Source: Eubacteriales bacterium
GTDB taxonomy: Bacteria > Bacillota > Clostridia > Oscillospirales > CAG-272
DNA: 64,000 bases
Assembly (NCBI GenBank): GCA_045543955.1
Contig: JAZPYB010000028.1
Coordinates: 46,172-110,171, forward strand
Reading direction: 5' to 3'
In this document: one piece after another, positions 60,718 to 64,000 of the stretch
Position numbering within the stretch: position 1 is the stretch's first letter
Layout: every line of letters starts with the position of its first letter
The notes under the pieces: generated by a model
The model's input: only the letters and a program-made list of their open reading frames with translations
Told to the model about the DNA's origin: nothing
Databases searched by the model: none
Program-made: the position numbers and the translations under genes

Positions 60718-61896
60718 ATGAAAAAGAGAACAAAAAATATCGCATATTTAACTTTACAACAGTCAGCTGATGCTCAAGAAAAAGTAAATACAGAGCTAAA
60801 GGAAGTTGAAAAGGAAGTAGAGGAGCAAGATGAGGCTCTTGAAGAGGAAGAAGTGCCTCTTGACAAAAACCTAAAGCTTATGTCCCCTACAAGAATGGTT
60901 GTGCGCCGTTTCTTCCGTTCAAAGCTTAGTGTTGTAGGTCTTGTAATGATAATAGGATTATTCCTATTCTCATTTATTGGTCCATTCATTTACCACGCAA
61001 TAGTTCCAGGTCTTGACGGCAACGGCTGGCAACAGGACGAGAAGGACGAGAGTGGTAGATGGGAGCAAACAACAAGTGAATATACTTATACCGTAAACGG
61101 AAAAGAATATACAGTTTATCAAACACTTGAAAAATACGAAAAGGATAATGTTTTGGCAAAGCCATCAAAGCTTCACCCACTTGGAACTGATAAGTCAGGC
61201 TATGACGTGCTTTCAAGACTTATGTATGGTGGACGAGTTTCACTTATAGTAAGCTTCTTGGCAGTATTTATTATTACAGTCCTCGGTGTTGTCGCTGGTG
61301 GACTTGCTGGATACTTTGGCGGAGTAATTGATAATATCATAATGAGAATTTGTGATATTTTGATGTGTCTACCAGGTATTCCAATCCTTTTGATTGTAGG
61401 TGTACTACTTAACGGTTGGATAAGCAAGGGCTATTTCTTCATTAGTGGTGAGTCAAGAATTTACTTCCTAATGATATTTATCTCCTGCATTTCTTGGCCA
61501 GGCACTGCACGTCTTGTTAGAGGTCAAATCCTTTCACTTCGTGAGCAAGAGTATATGGTAGCTGCTGAGGCTATGGGCTATTCAACCGGTCGTAAGATAT
61601 TTAAACACCTAATTCCAAACGTAATGCCACAGTTAATCGTACAAATGACACTTGGTCTTGGCTCAATGATTATTTATGAGTCAACACTTTCATACCTCGG
61701 CTTCGGTGTAAAAGCGCCAAATACTGCTTGGGGTACGATACTTAACCTGTTCGAGGAGCAAAATGGCTTCGAAATCGCTATGGCTAACCCACTAATTTGG
61801 GTACCAGCAGGTCTTTGTATCGTTATTGCGGTTCTAGGCTTCAACTTTGTCGGCGACGGCTTGCGCGATGCGCTTGACCCAAAATCTAGGAGGTAA
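60718..61896 (+). CDS. oppC: oligopeptide ABC transporter permease
   Basis: HPLGTD..G.DV.SRL.YGGR, EY..AA.A.G, GDGLRDALDP. Confidence 0.93.
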   Translation: MKKRTKNIAYLTLQQSADAQEKVNTELKEVEKEVEEQDEALEEEEVPLDKNLKLMSPTRMVVRRFFRSKLSVVGLVMIIGLFLFSFIGPFIYHAIVPGLDGNGWQQDEKDESGRWEQTTSEYTYTVNGKEYTVYQTLEKYEKDNVLAKPSKLHPLGTDKSGYDVLSRLMYGGRVSLIVSFLAVFIITVLGVVAGGLAGYFGGVIDNIIMRICDILMCLPGIPILLIVGVLLNGWISKGYFFISGESRIYFLMIFISCISWPGTARLVRGQILSLREQEYMVAAEAMGYSTGRKIFKHLIPNVMPQLIVQMTLGLGSMIIYESTLSYLGFGVKAPNTAWGTILNLFEEQNGFEIAMANPLIWVPAGLCIVIAVLGFNFVGDGLRDALDPKSRR

Positions 61897-61901
61897 GAGA
61901 A

Positions 61902-63137
61902 ATGGCAGAAAAGAAAACAAAGGCTTACCTAACCGGCAAGGAAATTAGAAAAATTGCAAAAGAAAATGCCAAAACTATGCGTGTTTTGGAAAATTATAAA
62001 AACCGTAGAGCTGAAGAATCTGAATTCTTGAGCGAAATGAAGGACCAAAATAACATCTTGGAAATAGAGGACTTAAATACATATTTCTTTACTGACCAAG
62101 GCGTTGTTAAGGCTGTAAACGGTGTTTCATTTAATATTCCAAAGAACACAACAGTTGGTGTAGTTGGCGAATCAGGTTGCGGTAAGAGTGTAACCAGTAT
62201 GTCAATTATGCGTCTTTTACAAGGACCAACAGGTCAAATCTATTCAGGAAGCATCAGATTTGCTGCTAAGGATTATGTAAGAGGCAAAAATGGCAAGCCT
62301 ACAAAGTTCCCGGTTACTGATGAAAACGGAAACATTGTGGCAACCGAAACAAAAACAGAGGAAAAGGTTTACGACATTGCAAAAATGCCAATCCGTGAGA
62401 TACACCGTGTTCGCGGTAAGCAGATAGCAATGATTTTCCAAGAGCCTATGACCTCACTTAACCCTATTTTCACAATAGGACAACAGCTTGATGAGGTTAC
62501 ATTTATTCACGTTCCGGATGCGACAAAGGAGGAGGCTAAGGCTAAATCCCTTGAAATGCTAAATTTAGTTGGTATAGCTATGCCTGAGCGCGTTTATAAA
62601 TCATACCCACATGAGCTTTCTGGTGGTATGCGTCAGCGTGTTATGATTTCAATGGCACTCGCTTGTAATCCTCGTCTTATTATTGCGGACGAGCCAACAA
62701 CAGCTCTTGACGTTACTATTCAAGCTCAAATTCTTGAGTTGCTTAATGACCTTAAAACAAAAATCGATGGTTCTATCCTTCTTATCACTCACGACCTTGG
62801 TATCATCGCTGAAATGGCAGACTACGTGGTTGTAATGTATGCGGGTAGAGTTATTGAAAAGGGTACAGTAAAGGAGATTTTCCATAATCCTTTGCACCCA
62901 TATACAAAGGGACTTCAAAAGTCAAAGCCTACGCTTGAATCAAATAGTGATGAGCTATTTAACATTCCGGGTAATGTTCCTAACCCAATTAATATGCCAA
63001 ACCATTGCTATTTCAAGGAAAGATGCAGTGAGTGCAAGAAGGCATGCTCAGGTCTTTACCCAGAAATGAGACAGGTAAGTGAAACACACTTTGTTGCGTG
63101 TCATTTATACGAAGATATGAAGAAGGAGAACGACTAA
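61902..63137 (+). CDS. oppD: oligopeptide ABC transporter ATPase
   Basis: GESGCGKS, LSGGMRQR, DEPTTALD, C-terminal Cys motif. Confidence 0.93.
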   Translation: MAEKKTKAYLTGKEIRKIAKENAKTMRVLENYKNRRAEESEFLSEMKDQNNILEIEDLNTYFFTDQGVVKAVNGVSFNIPKNTTVGVVGESGCGKSVTSMSIMRLLQGPTGQIYSGSIRFAAKDYVRGKNGKPTKFPVTDENGNIVATETKTEEKVYDIAKMPIREIHRVRGKQIAMIFQEPMTSLNPIFTIGQQLDEVTFIHVPDATKEEAKAKSLEMLNLVGIAMPERVYKSYPHELSGGMRQRVMISMALACNPRLIIADEPTTALDVTIQAQILELLNDLKTKIDGSILLITHDLGIIAEMADYVVVMYAGRVIEKGTVKEIFHNPLHPYTKGLQKSKPTLESNSDELFNIPGNVPNPINMPNHCYFKERCSECKKACSGLYPEMRQVSETHFVACHLYEDMKKEND

Positions 63138-64000
63138 TGGCTGATGAAAAAATAACCGAAGTTGAAGAAACAGAAGTAGAAAAAGAAGCTGTTGAATCTC
63201 CTGAAGAAACAGTAGTATACGATGATGAAAAGGAGCAAGAAGCATTTCTTGCTAAGCGTAAGGCTCAAATAGAGGCTGACAAAACAAAGCCCTTCGACCC
63301 AGATGCACTTTTAGAGGTACGCCACCTCCGCAAAAGCTTCCCGATAAAGAAATCAATGACTGGAAAGGTTTTGCAGGAGCTTGTTGCAGTTGATGATGTT
63401 TCATTCACACTTAAAAAGGGAGAAACCCTTGGTATAGTTGGAGAATCCGGATGTGGCAAAACCACAATGGGTAGAACAATTTTGAAGCTTCATCCATCAA
63501 ACGGCGGACAAATTATATTTGATGGTAAGGATATTACAAATTATAAATCCTCTCAAATGCGTGAAATTCGTCGTCAAATGCAAATAATTTTCCAAGACCC
63601 ATATTCATCCTTGCCACCACGTTCAACCGTTGGCGGTATCCTTTCTGAGCCTGTCGGAGTTCACAAAATCGTTCCCAAATCTCAAATTAAGGAATACGTT
63701 CTTGAGCTTATGGATAAATGTGGTCTTCGCGATTACTATTATGAAAGATATCCACATGAGTTTTCTGGTGGACAACGTCAAAGAATTTGTATAGCAAGAG
63801 CGCTTTCAGTAAAACCTAAGCTTGTTGTTTGTGACGAGCCTGTTTCAGCTCTTGACGTATCAATTCAAGCACAAATTATCAACCTTCTAAAAAGCCTACA
63901 AGACTCAATGGGGCTTACATATCTCTTTATCTCACATGACCTTTCAGTTGTAAAGTTCATTTCTGATAAAATCGGAGTTATGTACCTTGGCTCAATGATG
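63137..64000 (+). CDS. oppF: oligopeptide ABC transporter ATPase (3'-truncated by window)
   Basis: ATG 63137 overlaps the oppD stop; hand translation shows GESGCGKT, FSGGQRQR, DEPVSALD. Confidence 0.9.
   Translation, partial: MADEKITEVEETEVEKEAVESPEETVVYDDEKEQEAFLAKRKAQIEADKTKPFDPDALLEVRHLRKSFPIKKSMTGKVLQELVAVDDVSFTLKKGETLGIVGESGCGKTTMGRTILKLHPSNGGQIIFDGKDITNYKSSQMREIRRQMQIIFQDPYSSLPPRSTVGGILSEPVGVHKIVPKSQIKEYVLELMDKCGLRDYYYERYPHEFSGGQRQRICIARALSVKPKLVVCDEPVSALDVSIQAQIINLLKSLQDSMGLTYLFISHDLSVVKFISDKIGVMYLGSMM

Overview
Low-GC Firmicute (Clostridia-like) chromosomal window in four parts. (1) 1-17.2 kb: housekeeping and catabolic genes (plsC, ispH-rpsA fusion, DinG/XPD helicase, asnS, aminotransferase, GH78, GH35) plus an unannotated 36-aa Cys-rich peptide. 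(2) 17.3-28.6 kb: an accessory region at a tRNA-Leu/tRNA-fMet operon. An 8.6-kb large-serine-recombinase element carries an AlwI-family R-M system, and its attL/attR can be read from the sequence. An older two-gene remnant lies beside it. Both follow a ~297-bp palindromic repeat built from tRNA-fMet fragments, and a smaller element of similar architecture follows tRNA-Trp. (3) 28.6-37.1 kb: trxB, class III RNR nrdD (with a fused glutaredoxin-like domain), nrdG, four NrdR-like boxes, a GH-A hydrolase and a GT2. (4) 37.3-64 kb: a ~27-kb cell-surface locus with redoxin lipoproteins, a membrane 4Fe-4S protein fused to a redoxin, a CxxC membrane protein, a 2486-aa S8/LRR protease and an Opp transporter. 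The two best candidates for undescribed systems are this putative 'reduce-cleave-import' protein-utilisation locus and the tRNA-derived repeat that appears to multiply integrase landing sites. All calls are by eye; no database searches were run.
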